Shown: positions 18,733 through 30,092, counted from the stretch's first letter. The stretch: DNA of 64,000 bases from Zophobihabitans entericus (GCF_011745665.1 NZ_CP050253.1:35418-99417), one strand, 5' to 3'. Notes: generated by a model from the letters alone, not told the origin. Translations and numbers: made by a program.

Positions 18733-19413
18733 ATGTTAATAAAATTCTCTCAACGCGTTTTATTATTGATAGTTATACTGCTTACAGGTTGCCAAAACCA
18801 ACCAACGGTTAGCAGCTATCCGCCTGAGAATTTCGCCTCCCTGACAGAGCAGGATATCATTGAGATCAGCCGACAATTTTGTGCTGATCAAGATAGCACT
18901 GCATTTCTATTAGCCAAAGACAGTAACTATCAAAAGCGTCTAAATCACCTTGCTGACACACTTGGTTATCAGCTTCACGGGCAGACACTAAATTATCGGG
19001 TTTATCTGGATTCTAATATTAATGCATGGTCAACTGCCAGCGGCTGCATACGTGTTACGACCGGCATGCTCAAAGCCTTTACTGATAGTGAAATTCAGGC
19101 AGTGATTGCACATGAGTTTGGTCATATTGAGCTGCAACATAAACTTCGTTCTTTTCAACATGCCCAAAGAGTTGAGATGGGTAAAGACATCAACTCAATT
19201 GCTATCTATGTAGAAGAAGAATTTGCCCATAAGCTGGAGATTGAAGCCGATAATTATGCCCTCGCTTATCTGCAAAAGCATAATCTTGATGCCAGTGGTA
19301 TGTTGACGATGTTTGATAAAATGCCACAAGATAATAATCAGGTATTAAGTACTCACCCGACATCGGCCGAACGCCTGAATAACATTAAAAATAAACTCAA
19401 ATTAAACCAATAA
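18733..19413 (+). CDS. M48-family zinc metalloprotease lipoprotein (YcaL-like), paralog 1.
   Basis: Lipobox LLTGC. HEFGHIELQH (HExxH) zinc motif. Confidence 0.7.
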   Translation: MLIKFSQRVLLLIVILLTGCQNQPTVSSYPPENFASLTEQDIIEISRQFCADQDSTAFLLAKDSNYQKRLNHLADTLGYQLHGQTLNYRVYLDSNINAWSTASGCIRVTTGMLKAFTDSEIQAVIAHEFGHIELQHKLRSFQHAQRVEMGKDINSIAIYVEEEFAHKLEIEADNYALAYLQKHNLDASGMLTMFDKMPQDNNQVLSTHPTSAERLNNIKNKLKLNQ

Positions 19414-19414
19414 G

Positions 19415-20443
19415 TTATTTTTTAGTAATAAACATCGCATCGCCATAACTAAAGAAGCGATATTTTTCCTGTACCGCAACCTGATAAGCATGCATGGTAT
19501 GTTCATAGCCGGCAAAGGCCGAAACCAGCATAATGAGTGTTGATTCTGGTAAATGGAAATTGGTAATGAGAACATCAATAACGTTAAAGTGATATCCGGG
19601 ATAGATAAAGATGCGAGTATCCGCAAAAAATGGTGCGATAGTGCCACTTTGCTGTGCGGCACTCTCTAGTGCGCGTACTGATGTAGTACCAACAGCCACC
19701 ACCCGATTCCCCCGCGCTTTACAAGCCAGTACCGCATCCACGACTTCTTGTGGCACTTCAGCATATTCTGCGTGCATCACGTGCTGATAAATGTCATCCA
19801 CCCGCACTGGCTGGAATGTTCCGGCTCCAACATGAAGCGTAACAAACGCCATCTCAACACCTTTATCTTTTAAGGCTTCCAGTAAAGGTTCGTCAAAATG
19901 TAAACCCGCGGTTGGCGCAGCAACAGCTCCCGGTTTTTGGTTATAAACAGTCTGATACAGCTCTTTATCCGTCTCTTCATCGGGGCGATCGATATAAGGC
20001 GGTAGCGGAATATGACCAATCTTATCTAAAATAGTCAGCACATCACCCGGAAATTGCACTTCAAATAACGTATCATGACGAGCCAGCATCATGGCAGAAA
20101 CAGATTCATCTTCCCCCAAAATAAGTTCTGTACCCGGTTTTGGTGATTTAGAAGCCTTAATATGTGCCAGTACTCGGTTATTATCCAGCAGACGCTCAAC
20201 TAAAATCTCAACCTTACCACCTGACGCTTTACGGCCAAACAGACGCGCTGGAATGACTCGCGTATTATTAAACACCAGCAGATCACCGGGGTTTAGCTTA
20301 TTTAAAACATCAGTAAAAATACCGTGTTCAAGCGCACCACTTGTCCCATCAAGGGAAAGTAAGCGACACTGGCTACGCTTTGGACAAGGATAACGAGCGA
20401 TCAGCTCATCAGGGAGATCAAAACGAAAATCAGATAACTGCAT
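19415..20443 (-). CDS. queA: S-adenosylmethionine:tRNA ribosyltransferase-isomerase.
   Basis: [19 protein letters not shown]... aligns with the E. coli QueA N-terminus. The ORF track starts 12 nt upstream at a GTG. Confidence 0.95.
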   Translation of the reverse strand: MQLSDFRFDLPDELIARYPCPKRSQCRLLSLDGTSGALEHGIFTDVLNKLNPGDLLVFNNTRVIPARLFGRKASGGKVEILVERLLDNNRVLAHIKASKSPKPGTELILGEDESVSAMMLARHDTLFEVQFPGDVLTILDKIGHIPLPPYIDRPDEETDKELYQTVYNQKPGAVAAPTAGLHFDEPLLEALKDKGVEMAFVTLHVGAGTFQPVRVDDIYQHVMHAEYAEVPQEVVDAVLACKARGNRVVAVGTTSVRALESAAQQSGTIAPFFADTRIFIYPGYHFNVIDVLITNFHLPESTLIMLVSAFAGYEHTMHAYQVAVQEKYRFFSYGDAMFITKK

Positions 20444-20577
20444 GGATGTTTTCACAATAAGACGAATATCAATAAGTAAAAATAAGTGGATTATGATACC
20501 ATGAAAAAATTCAAAATAAGAGACTCACATTTAAACCATTCAGTGTCTTATCACTATTATTAGAAAGGAAAACATTT

Positions 20578-21336
20578 ATGAAACAGAAAGTTCGTTCAAT
20601 TATCGCTGCCTCAGTATTTGCGGTTATTGCCTCAGGATGCCAACAAATTAGCTCTGACAGCTTAGTGGGTCTTGGTACTCAAACCGCGCAAGTGATGAGC
20701 CTGACAAATCAAGAAGTAAAAACACTGAGTGATGATTCTTGTGCAGCCATGGATGCTGAGTCTAAAATTGCTCCGGCAAGTAGTCCATATACAGCTCGTC
20801 TGAATAAGATTGCCGATACTTTGGGTCATGACATCAATGGTACTGCGATCAACTATAAAGTTTACCTGACCTCTGATGTGAACGCATGGGCAATGGCAAA
20901 TGGTTGCGTGCGTGTTTATAGTGGCCTGATGGATCTCATGACTGATAACGAAATTCAAGGTGTACTGGGTCATGAACTAGGTCACGTAGCTCTTGGTCAC
21001 AGTAAGCGTTCAATTCAGGTTGCTTACGGCGCAGAAATCGCTCGTGGTGCAATCGCAGCAACCACTTCCGGTATTTTAGCTACACTAACTAAATCTCAAA
21101 TCGGTGATTTAGCGCAGCAGGTTGTAACGTCTCAATTCTCACAACACCAAGAAACAGAAGCGGATAACTACTCATTTGATTTTCTGGTGAAAAAGGGAAT
21201 TAATCCGGTAGGTATTGCCACAGCATTTGAAAAATTAGGTGGTGGTGAAGCGACCTTACTTAGTACTCACCCGTCATCTTCTGATCGTTCTAAAAATATT
21301 TATAACCGTATTGAGAAGCTAAACCAAAGCAAATAA
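20578..21336 (+). CDS. M48-family zinc metalloprotease lipoprotein (YcaL-like), paralog 2.
   Basis: Lipobox IASGC. HELGHVALGH motif. Similar architecture to the 18733-19413 gene. Confidence 0.7.
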   Translation: MKQKVRSIIAASVFAVIASGCQQISSDSLVGLGTQTAQVMSLTNQEVKTLSDDSCAAMDAESKIAPASSPYTARLNKIADTLGHDINGTAINYKVYLTSDVNAWAMANGCVRVYSGLMDLMTDNEIQGVLGHELGHVALGHSKRSIQVAYGAEIARGAIAATTSGILATLTKSQIGDLAQQVVTSQFSQHQETEADNYSFDFLVKKGINPVGIATAFEKLGGGEATLLSTHPSSSDRSKNIYNRIEKLNQSK

Positions 21337-21409
21337 TCCAATAAACTGATACAAATAAGCCCTGATAATCCGATTAAGTTTATCAGGGCTATTTTATTTA
21401 TCTGAATAA

Positions 21410-21979
21410 TTAAAAGTTTGGTTTATATTCAAACCCTTGTGCTGCTTCGCTATCACTAAATACATTAAGCTTTTGCTTTTTAGTAAAATTATTGTTGATG
21501 ATTGAATTAGGGAATACTTCAATTCCGGTATTAAAATCAGCAACATTACTATTAAAAATACGAATCGCTGCACCAATGTTATCTTGTTGCTCTGCGATCT
21601 CTTTCATTAAATTAGCATAAATCGTTGATGCTTTAAGATCAGGATAGTTCTCAGACACCGCATATAAGTTATTAATCAGACTACGCGTTTTAAGCTGTGC
21701 TTCTTTTAACTGAGCCACATCAACGGATTCACTGGATAAGCCCTTAAGCGCTGTTCTCAGTTCAGTAATACCATTCAGAACTGATGATTCGTGAATTTTG
21801 TATTGCTCAGCAATTCTTTCCAACTCAGGCAGTATTTTGTTCTTTTGTCTCTCCTGAGCAATCACATCAGCCCAGGCTCTTTGTGCTGAGTTATAACTTG
21901 CAATAATTTTATTATGAATGCTGATACCCATCACAACGATAATAACGGCGATCACTAATAAGACGATAATCATCTCCAT
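21410..21979 (-). CDS. LemA-family membrane protein.
   Basis: N-terminal TM followed by the characteristic LemA region (ASYNSAQRAWADVIAQERQKNKILPELERIAEQY...). Confidence 0.8.
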   Translation of the reverse strand: MEMIIVLLVIAVIIVVMGISIHNKIIASYNSAQRAWADVIAQERQKNKILPELERIAEQYKIHESSVLNGITELRTALKGLSSESVDVAQLKEAQLKTRSLINNLYAVSENYPDLKASTIYANLMKEIAEQQDNIGAAIRIFNSNVADFNTGIEVFPNSIINNNFTKKQKLNVFSDSEAAQGFEYKPNF

Positions 21980-21981
21980 GC

Positions 21982-23043
21982 TTATAAACCCTTCTCTCTG
22001 TTTGTATCAAAATTGTTATCAGAATAAGTCATTAATTGTTCAATGTGAACTAAAACTGCCTGTAATCCGGTTAATATTTTAGGTTCTTTGAGTTCTGCCA
22101 GAAACAGATCCGGCTGCTCTAAAGTAAATTGTTGTGTGTAATCCAGTAGATGGTTGTCATTAAATGACATACATAGTTGACTGGCTGCATTAAACTCAAA
22201 ATGCAGCTCTTTATACTGGCTATATGCATTTGTTAGTGCTGACACAATCATCGGTTTTAAGAATTTAGCCGCGACCATCTCTGACTGGCCATTAACCACG
22301 TAACAACGATTAAATTCATTAGAGGCAGGTTTATAAACACCACCATTAAAAAGTCCCGGTTTATCTAAAGAAATACCAGATACATAAGGAAAATCTAAAA
22401 ACACGCCATAACGATAATAATCATCATAGACAGTCTCCCTGGATATTTTCCCATCACTATCTCTGCTCGTTTCAACTCTTCTAACCACGTAATGATACTG
22501 ATAATAGTGATATTTAAACTGGTGATCGGAACCTTGGTACAAACCGGAGTAGAGTTGCTTTATCTCGCGCTTATCATTACCGCGAATAAAGTCTTTAAAG
22601 CGTTGCTGTAAAGCCAGAGCCATCTCCACGCCATTAAATGTTTCAGGTGTAAGATGATTATCAAATAATACCTTTTTGAGGAAAATTTTTTTAGATGAAT
22701 TGGGCATTGCGCGGCTACGTTTAAAAGCAAAAATACTTAACAAAATAACCGCTATCAGTATAAAAATCAGGAGTAATGGATAATCATTCCAGCCTTGCAT
22801 AAGGCTTAGTATCATAAGCAGAAATAACAATCCACCAATGCCTATAAAAATAAAAGTGTTATTATATTTTAATGGTTTACCAAACGATTTTACCCGCTCA
22901 ACTAATCGATACAGCTCTTCCGGGCTTTTTGCGTTATCAATACCCCGATCGAGTTGGTGGTAAAAATCTTTAATTTGCTCATTATGTTCAAGAATTGAAA
23001 GTATTCCCATTCCTACCCTGACTTTTTTGTTGTTATATAACAC
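21982..23043 (-). CDS. Membrane protein of unknown function, paralog A. Possibly DUF3137-like, the kind often found next to LemA.
   Basis: Two central TM helices. Conserved C-terminal block YRYGVFLDFPYVSGISLDKPG...PASNEFNRCYVVNGQSEMVAAKFLKPM, shared with the next gene. Confidence 0.5.
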   Translation of the reverse strand: MLYNNKKVRVGMGILSILEHNEQIKDFYHQLDRGIDNAKSPEELYRLVERVKSFGKPLKYNNTFIFIGIGGLLFLLMILSLMQGWNDYPLLLIFILIAVILLSIFAFKRSRAMPNSSKKIFLKKVLFDNHLTPETFNGVEMALALQQRFKDFIRGNDKREIKQLYSGLYQGSDHQFKYHYYQYHYVVRRVETSRDSDGKISRETVYDDYYRYGVFLDFPYVSGISLDKPGLFNGGVYKPASNEFNRCYVVNGQSEMVAAKFLKPMIVSALTNAYSQYKELHFEFNAASQLCMSFNDNHLLDYTQQFTLEQPDLFLAELKEPKILTGLQAVLVHIEQLMTYSDNNFDTNREKGL

Positions 23044-23106
23044 ATATTCATGAACTGGTAATCAACATTAACACTAATCATCGTCTCTTTCACACTTAAG
23101 CACGCT

Positions 23107-24132
23107 TTACGAGCTTTCAGTATCCCTATCAAAATTAGAGTCAGAATACGTCATTAACTGTTCAATATAAGAAAGTATTGTATTTAATTTAGCAACTGCT
23201 TTTGATTCTTTTAATTCCTGTAAAAACTCAGTCGGTTTACTTAAATTATATATTGGAGAAATATTCAATAAGTTATCGTTAAACGAGACACATAATTGGT
23301 TTCTTTTACTAAAGTCAAAATGTATTTCCTTCAACTCCGGATAGATTTCCTCAAATATCTTCACCACCATCGGCTTTAAAAATTTTGCTGCCATAATTTG
23401 TGAATCACCGTTAACCGTATAGTAACGATTAAATTCATTCGATGCTGGTCGATAAACTCCCTGCGCCTTGGGTTTATCTAAAGAAATATCAGCAACATAA
23501 GGGAAAGTTAAATAGATCCCATAACGATAGAAATTATAATACACCGTTTTATATGAATGACCTTTCTCTACCTTTACCCATTCTCGCTTTTTTACCACGT
23601 AGTGAAACTGATAATAACGATAATCAAACTGATGATCTTTACCTTCATATCGTCCAGCACCAAGCATCTCTATCTCACGAGTATGATTACCGCGATTAAA
23701 ATCTTTAAAACAGACTTGTAATTCAGAAGCTAGCTGCACTCCATCATACTTTTCAGGAATTAACTGGTTATCAAAGAGTATTTTTTTCTTGAAGATTTCT
23801 TTTGAGAGATCGGTAATTGGCTCATTACGTTTTAGTGCATATATACCAAGCACCATTATTGCACCTATCATAACTATAAACAGGTAACCACCGATATTAG
23901 AATCGTTATAAGCATAAGGATCAGAAACATTAAAAAGCATTATAATAACTGTAACAACAACGATACCTAACATGAGCAGATATATCGGCTTGTTGGTATA
24001 TTTTAAAGGTTTACCAAAGGCGATAACCTTTTCAACTAACCGATATAAATCATCAGAATTTTTAGCTGACTCAAAATCTTTCTCTAATTGTTCGGATAAC
24101 TGTTTAACTGCATTATTATGCTGAGAGTACAC
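23107..24132 (-). CDS. Membrane protein of unknown function, paralog B of the preceding gene.
   Basis: YRYGIYLTFPYVADISLDKP...PASNEFNRYYTVNGDSQIMAAKFLKPM. Same topology as paralog A. Confidence 0.5.
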   Translation of the reverse strand: MYSQHNNAVKQLSEQLEKDFESAKNSDDLYRLVEKVIAFGKPLKYTNKPIYLLMLGIVVVTVIIMLFNVSDPYAYNDSNIGGYLFIVMIGAIMVLGIYALKRNEPITDLSKEIFKKKILFDNQLIPEKYDGVQLASELQVCFKDFNRGNHTREIEMLGAGRYEGKDHQFDYRYYQFHYVVKKREWVKVEKGHSYKTVYYNFYRYGIYLTFPYVADISLDKPKAQGVYRPASNEFNRYYTVNGDSQIMAAKFLKPMVVKIFEEIYPELKEIHFDFSKRNQLCVSFNDNLLNISPIYNLSKPTEFLQELKESKAVAKLNTILSYIEQLMTYSDSNFDRDTESS

Positions 24133-24176
24133 TTCCTGACAACCTTATTTCTTATTATTTTTATGAAGTAAATATA

Positions 24177-25550
24177 TTAACGGCGCGGCAATCCACCAAA
24201 GCCACCGCCGCCCATCATGCCTTTCATATTACGCATCATCTTCATCATGCCGCCGCCTTTCATTTTTTTCATCATGCGTTGCATGTCATCAAATTGTTTT
24301 AACAGGCGGTTAACATCTTGTACCTGAGTACCGGAACCCATAGCAATACGGCGTCTTCTGGAACCTTTAATAATATCGGGATTAGCGCGTTCTTTGAGCG
24401 TCATGGATTGAATAATCGCTTCCATTTTTACGGTTACTTTATCATCCATTTGTGATTTAACATTCTCAGGAATCTGGCCTGCACCTGGCAACTTAGCCAG
24501 CATCGCAGTCATACCACCCATGCTTCTCATCTGTTTTAGCTGATCCAGGAAATCGGTTAAATCAAACTTATCACCTTTTTTGAGCTTAGCCGCCATTTTT
24601 TCGGCTTTTTCATGATCGACTTTACTTTGTAACTCTTCGATCAATGAAAGCATATCCCCCATACCCAGGATTCGTGAGGCTATACGATCTGGATAAAAAG
24701 GCTCAAGTGCATCAGTCTTTTCGCCCATACCTAAGAATTTAATCGGTTTACCAGTAATATGACGAATAGATAGTGCCGCACCACCACGTGCATCACCATC
24801 GACTTTAGTCAGAATCACCCCGGTTAAAGGCAACGCTTCATTAAATGCCTTGGCAGTATTCGCTGCATCCTGACCAGTCATAGCATCAACCACAAACAGC
24901 GTTTCAATCGGTTTGATCGCCTGATGTAGTTGCTTAATTTCATCCATCATGTCGCTATCAACATGCAGACGACCCGCGGTATCGACGATCAAGACATCAT
25001 AGAAGTTTAATTTTGCGTGATGTAAGGCTTTATTCGCAATATCGACCGGACTTTGATCATTACTGGATGGGAAAAAATCAACATTAATCGCTTTAGAGAG
25101 TGTCTCAAGCTGTTTGATCGCAGCAGGGCGATAAACGTCAGCAGAAACCATAAGCACTTTTTTCTTCTGCTTCTCTTTTAAGAATTTAGCCAGTTTTGCC
25201 ACGCTGGTGGTTTTACCCGCACCTTGCAAGCCCGCCATGAGCATAACAGCAGGAGGTTGAGTCGCCAGATTAAGCTCACTGTTGACTGCGCCCATGGCGA
25301 TAGTCAGTTCATTTTGAACAATTTTGATAAATTCCTGACCGGGTGTCAGGCTTTTATTCACATCCTGACCAACAGCTTTGTCTCTGACCTGATTAATAAA
25401 GTCACGAACAACAGGCAAAGCAACGTCAGCCTCAAGCAAAGCCATACGCACATCGCGTAATGCATCTTTGATATTGTCATCGGTTAATCTACCACGGCCA
25501 CTGATATTGCGTAGTGTTTGGGACAGGCGTTCAGTTAAATTCTCAAACAT
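24177..25550 (-). CDS. ffh: Signal recognition particle protein Ffh.
   Basis: NG domain with GLQGAGKTT. Met-rich C-terminal M domain (…MGGMTAMLAKLPG…MKGMMGGGGFGG). Confidence 0.95.
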   Translation of the reverse strand: MFENLTERLSQTLRNISGRGRLTDDNIKDALRDVRMALLEADVALPVVRDFINQVRDKAVGQDVNKSLTPGQEFIKIVQNELTIAMGAVNSELNLATQPPAVMLMAGLQGAGKTTSVAKLAKFLKEKQKKKVLMVSADVYRPAAIKQLETLSKAINVDFFPSSNDQSPVDIANKALHHAKLNFYDVLIVDTAGRLHVDSDMMDEIKQLHQAIKPIETLFVVDAMTGQDAANTAKAFNEALPLTGVILTKVDGDARGGAALSIRHITGKPIKFLGMGEKTDALEPFYPDRIASRILGMGDMLSLIEELQSKVDHEKAEKMAAKLKKGDKFDLTDFLDQLKQMRSMGGMTAMLAKLPGAGQIPENVKSQMDDKVTVKMEAIIQSMTLKERANPDIIKGSRRRRIAMGSGTQVQDVNRLLKQFDDMQRMMKKMKGGGMMKMMRNMKGMMGGGGFGGLPRR

Positions 25551-25650
25551 AAATATTCTCTAAATAAATTAAAAAATTCACTTCCTAATGATAGCAGAAA
25601 ACTATAATATATTCCCGTTTAATAATAACAATAAACATAAGGAAATTATC

Positions 25651-26220
25651 ATGCACGATATGCAAGACGTTACTCCACCACAAATCTCCGTCGAAAGACA
25701 AAACGAAGTAAAAAAAGCCAGCTTCTGGATCAGTCAGTTATTCATCTTACTTGCTACAGTATCTGGTGTTTATTTAGCAGCAAATCAAGGTTTCAAACAA
25801 GCAGTTGAGTTTGAAAATATGAATACCTATAAAGACACCTATTATTTACAAAAATCCCTACAAAATGAGCTACAAGATAACATTATTATCTTGCAGAAAT
25901 ATATGGAAAAAGTTCAGGATGGAGCCTATTTTGGCGCTCGTAATGAACCATTAAATTTCTATTCTCTGGTTTGGGAAAATATGAAATTTTCACCAACAAC
26001 ATTATCTGCAGCACCAGAAGTTCTGCGTGATGCACAACGTTTTTACCGTGAAGTAGCAAGAATTCACCAGGCAGTTGCCACTGGCAATATGTCAATTCCT
26101 AATGGTATTAAATACTTCCAGGAAGAGATCAACATTATCAATGACAATACTATTCCGATGATCGAGAAAAGTAACGCGTCGATTAAAGTTAAACTTGATG
26201 ATACTAATGTAGTCTTATAA
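25651..26220 (+). CDS. Hypothetical inner-membrane protein (189 aa from the ATG at 25651 with an AAGGA RBS). The ORF track starts at 25588.
   Basis: Single N-terminal TM helix. No recognisable domain. Confidence 0.5.
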   Translation: MHDMQDVTPPQISVERQNEVKKASFWISQLFILLATVSGVYLAANQGFKQAVEFENMNTYKDTYYLQKSLQNELQDNIIILQKYMEKVQDGAYFGARNEPLNFYSLVWENMKFSPTTLSAAPEVLRDAQRFYREVARIHQAVATGNMSIPNGIKYFQEEINIINDNTIPMIEKSNASIKVKLDDTNVVL

Positions 26221-26241
26221 GTTTAATTTAATGTGATTAAG

Positions 26242-26265
26242 AGCCAGTTTGACTGGCTTTTTTTA
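26242..26265 (+). terminator. Rho-independent terminator.
   Basis: agccagt-ttg-actggct hairpin followed by a T7 tract. Confidence 0.65.
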
Positions 26266-26270
26266 TTTGA

Positions 26271-27092
26271 TTAACGAGAGTTCTTCTCAATAATGACTTC
26301 AAACATTGTTGATTCTATTTTGTCTTGTACCTTCTCAACAAACCCACCTAAATTCCAACGATTTTTAGCCGGCGGTAATAATGTAGTTAAGGGCACAAGC
26401 TCAATATCATCAGGTAGATTAGCAATTTTATCGCGCAAGACATTCACAGTTTGTGAATAAGGATGTCCAATAGCAACTGCACTACCATTACGGCGGGCAA
26501 GACGAACAGCTTCATTAAACTGATGAGCAATAGATTCTTCGGTTTGAGTATCATCTAAAAATACGTCACGCCCAACAGCAGGAATATCATATTCAGCAGC
26601 CGCCACCATCCCTTGGGTTTTAGCAATCGTACGACTATCTAAAAAGAACAGAGAATAATAGTTTAGTTGTCGCATCACTTTGCGCATTCCATCCAGATTA
26701 CCTGTCATCAGGCTACCCATATGATTGTTGACACCAATTGCATAAGGTACTTTTTCAACCGCTTCATAAATGATACGTTGAATTTCTGTTTCTGGCATAG
26801 TGGGAAAAATGGTGTCTTTTTCTAATGGCTGCTTACTGGTTGGTGCCATTGGTAGATGAATAATTACTTCATTACCATTTTGATGAGCTTCTGTAGCCAT
26901 TTGCTTAGCATGAGGAGAGTTTGGTAAGACTGCTACGGTAATTTTAGGTGAAAAATGGATAATCTGCTGCTCATTATGAACACGATAACCAAAGTCATCG
27001 ATCACAATAGCCAGACGCGCTGCCTGCACACTGAAAGTACATATAAACAGAGCGCTTACTACCAGTAAAAACCGTTTCATTTCTTTAACCAC
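26271..27092 (-). CDS. yibQ: Divergent polysaccharide deacetylase family protein YibQ.
   Basis: Signal peptide plus YibQ-type domain (LAIVIDDFGY…). Conserved gpmI-envC-yibQ gene order. Confidence 0.8.
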   Translation of the reverse strand: MVKEMKRFLLVVSALFICTFSVQAARLAIVIDDFGYRVHNEQQIIHFSPKITVAVLPNSPHAKQMATEAHQNGNEVIIHLPMAPTSKQPLEKDTIFPTMPETEIQRIIYEAVEKVPYAIGVNNHMGSLMTGNLDGMRKVMRQLNYYSLFFLDSRTIAKTQGMVAAAEYDIPAVGRDVFLDDTQTEESIAHQFNEAVRLARRNGSAVAIGHPYSQTVNVLRDKIANLPDDIELVPLTTLLPPAKNRWNLGGFVEKVQDKIESTMFEVIIEKNSR

Positions 27093-28309
27093 GCTTGAGG
27101 ATCCAAAGCTCGCCCGTCCCGACGAATTTCAAAATAAAGTGATGGTTTCCCCTGACCACCACTCGAACCAACCAAAGCAATTGGCTGGCCGGCTTTAATA
27201 TTATCACCAACGTTCACTAAAACACGCTGGTTGTATCCATACAGACTCATATCCCCTTTACCGTGATCCAGTGCCACCATAAAGCCATAACCCTGCAACC
27301 AGCTTGCCAGAATAACTTTTCCTTCAGCGATCGCTTTTACTTCTGTACCTTCTTTAGCACCAATCACCAGTGCTTTCCAGTGTAGCTCACCTTGTAGAGA
27401 TTCACCAAAACGATGTTCAACTTTACCATTCACCGGCCAGAGTAACTGATTTTGCGGTTTACCGATTCCGCTCACCCGCGCCATTAAAGAGCGTTCATCT
27501 GCAGTTGGTTTATAATTAGAGACTTGTTGTCTGCTACGAATCTGTTCAGCCTGACGCGCCTCCTGCTCAGCAAGCGCTCTGGCCTGACGTGCCGCATTAG
27601 CTAGCTGAGCCTGTAGCTTGGCTTCGTTCTCACGCAGCTCTTCCAGTTTTTGCTGCCCGACCTGCATAGAGGTATCTAAAGAGCTTATGGTTTTTTGACG
27701 TTCACGCTGATTCTGTTCTAGATGACTTTGTTCTTCTTTTTGCTTAGTTTGCAAAGCTTGTTGTGCCGCCAGTTTCTCTTGCAGTGCCTGCTGGCTTTGC
27801 TCTAACTTGTCGTGAGTTTCCTGTAACTCTGCGATCTGTTCTTGTCTGGCCTCATTAAAGTAGCCAAAGTAAGTAATAATTCGTTCATTGCGCTCACTCT
27901 CAGCTCCGTTAAATACCAGTTCCATACCAGAGTTTTTACCGAGCCTAAAAGCGCTTTCAAGTTGTTTAGACAGTGCTGCTTGTTGCAGAACTTGTTTAGC
28001 TTCCAGCTCTTCAATCTGTTTAGACAGGACTGACACATCCTGACTTAGTTTTTTAAGTTCAGTTTGTGTTTGTTGAATAGAACCAAGGAGTTTAGCAATC
28101 GCCGTTTCTTGCTTTTTGAGTTCTTCAACTAAAGCGATACGTTGCTTACGTTGCTGTTCAAGTTTTCTTTCTTGTTCTGCGATTGATTTTTGAATTGTTG
28201 CCAGTTGGCTTTTATCATCCGCATGAGAAATAACAGGAGCCAGTAAAGCACCTGAGATAAGAATGATGTTCAAAAATCGCATGAGATTAGTCACTAAATA
28301 ATGAATCAA
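27077..28309 (-). CDS. envC: Murein hydrolase activator EnvC (coiled-coil plus degenerate M23/LytM domain).
   Basis: Long Gln/Glu-rich coiled coil. C-terminal LytM domain. Lies between gpmI and yibQ. Confidence 0.85.
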   Translation of the reverse strand: MIHYLVTNLMRFLNIILISGALLAPVISHADDKSQLATIQKSIAEQERKLEQQRKQRIALVEELKKQETAIAKLLGSIQQTQTELKKLSQDVSVLSKQIEELEAKQVLQQAALSKQLESAFRLGKNSGMELVFNGAESERNERIITYFGYFNEARQEQIAELQETHDKLEQSQQALQEKLAAQQALQTKQKEEQSHLEQNQRERQKTISSLDTSMQVGQQKLEELRENEAKLQAQLANAARQARALAEQEARQAEQIRSRQQVSNYKPTADERSLMARVSGIGKPQNQLLWPVNGKVEHRFGESLQGELHWKALVIGAKEGTEVKAIAEGKVILASWLQGYGFMVALDHGKGDMSLYGYNQRVLVNVGDNIKAGQPIALVGSSGGQGKPSLYFEIRRDGRALDPQAWLKK

Positions 28310-28341
28310 CCCTGATATTTACCAGGGTTGATTGGTCTAGA

Positions 28342-29880
28342 TTATTTAGTAATAAATAACGGTTTACCCGTCATTTCTGCCGGTACTGGCATACCAATAA
28401 GTGTCAGCATTGTTGGTGCTAAGTCAGATAATTTACCGCCACTGACCGCTGTTGCTGGTTTACCAACATAAATTAGTGGAACTGGTAAGTTAGTATGGGC
28501 AGTGTGTGCCTGGCCTGTTTCGTCATCACGCATTTTTTCTGCATTACCATGGTCTGCCGTAATCAGTAACTGGCCATCGACTTTCTTAACCGCTTCAACG
28601 ACACGACCAATACAGTGATCAAGCGCTTCAACCGCTTTCACCGCTGCATCAAACATACCTGTATGACCAACCATATCACCATTTGGATAGTTACAAATGA
28701 TTACATCATATTTAGCACTTTCAATCGCACCAACCAGTTTGTCTGTAAGCTCTTCAGAACTCATTTCTGGTTGTAAGTCATAAGTTGCTACTTTTGGTGA
28801 ATTAACTAAAATACGATCTTCGCTGGTAAATGGAGCTTCAACACCACCATTAAAAAAGAAAGTCACATGAGCATATTTTTCAGTTTCAGAAATACGTAAC
28901 TGAGTTTTATTGTGTTTAGCTAACCATTCACCCAATGTATTAGTCAGTGACTGAGCAGGGTAAGCAATTGATGCATCAATATTGTCAGCGTATTCAGTTA
29001 ACATCACAAAATCTGCAAAATTAACTACACGGCTACGTTTGAAGCCATCAAAATCTTTATCTACAAATGTACGTGTAATTTGACGAGCACGGTCAGCACG
29101 GAAGTTCATGAAAATCATTGCATCACCGTCTTCGATCGCAGCTGAAGGTTGGCCTGCACCACGAATAACAGTTGGTTTGACAAATTCATCGTTCTCATCA
29201 CGAGCATAGGCCGCTTGCAGGCCTTCTACTGCGGTAGTTGCAGTAAATTCACCTTTTGCATCAACCATTAAGTCATAAGCAAGTTGTACACGATCCCAGC
29301 GGTTATCACGATCCATAGCATAATAACGACCAACAATTGTTGCAATACGCCCCTTACCTAACTCTTTAAATTTATTAGAGAAAACCTGAAGTGTTGACTC
29401 TGCACTACGTGGTGGAGTATCACGTCCATCTAAAAATGCGTGTAAATAAATCTTTTCTGCACCACGAGCAGCAGCCAGCTCTACCATCGCTAAGATGTGA
29501 TCTTCATGGCTATGAACGCCACCTGGTGACATAAGACCCATTAAATGAACCGCTTTACCGGCTTTTACAGCTTTATCCACAGCAGCACAAAGTACCGGGT
29601 TATTTTGGAATTCACCATCCATAATATCTTTAGTGACTCGGGTCAGATCCTGATAAACCACACGACCCGCGCCGATATTGGTATGACCTACTTCTGAGTT
29701 ACCCATTTGCCCTTCAGGTAGACCAACGTCCATACTTGATGCAGCAATTAAGGTATTTGGATAGGCTTTCATCAAACCATCCATAACTGGTTTTTTAGCA
29801 CTGGCAATAGCATTATCTTTTTGTTCTTCGCGATAGCCATAACCATCAAGAATCACTAGAACGATTGGTTTCTTACTCAT
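28342..29880 (-). CDS. gpmI: 2,3-bisphosphoglycerate-independent phosphoglycerate mutase.
   Basis: [18 protein letters not shown]… Full-length iPGM (512 aa). Confidence 0.95.
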   Translation of the reverse strand: MSKKPIVLVILDGYGYREEQKDNAIASAKKPVMDGLMKAYPNTLIAASSMDVGLPEGQMGNSEVGHTNIGAGRVVYQDLTRVTKDIMDGEFQNNPVLCAAVDKAVKAGKAVHLMGLMSPGGVHSHEDHILAMVELAAARGAEKIYLHAFLDGRDTPPRSAESTLQVFSNKFKELGKGRIATIVGRYYAMDRDNRWDRVQLAYDLMVDAKGEFTATTAVEGLQAAYARDENDEFVKPTVIRGAGQPSAAIEDGDAMIFMNFRADRARQITRTFVDKDFDGFKRSRVVNFADFVMLTEYADNIDASIAYPAQSLTNTLGEWLAKHNKTQLRISETEKYAHVTFFFNGGVEAPFTSEDRILVNSPKVATYDLQPEMSSEELTDKLVGAIESAKYDVIICNYPNGDMVGHTGMFDAAVKAVEALDHCIGRVVEAVKKVDGQLLITADHGNAEKMRDDETGQAHTAHTNLPVPLIYVGKPATAVSGGKLSDLAPTMLTLIGMPVPAEMTGKPLFITK

Positions 29881-30092
29881 TCAATTTCACCTTTTACTTT
29901 AAATTGCTAATTACTTTAAATTCTTTCAGCCCAAATATAAGCAGCATTTTACTATAAAACAGGGGGGCAGGTATAGCGAAACCCTTGGTAATTTGCGCTA
30001 ACTTTTCTCTATTCCTTCGATAGTGACACTGCCTACGAAAAAATATACAATATAGACCTTATTATAAAAAGAACGATGATTTAGAAAGAACG

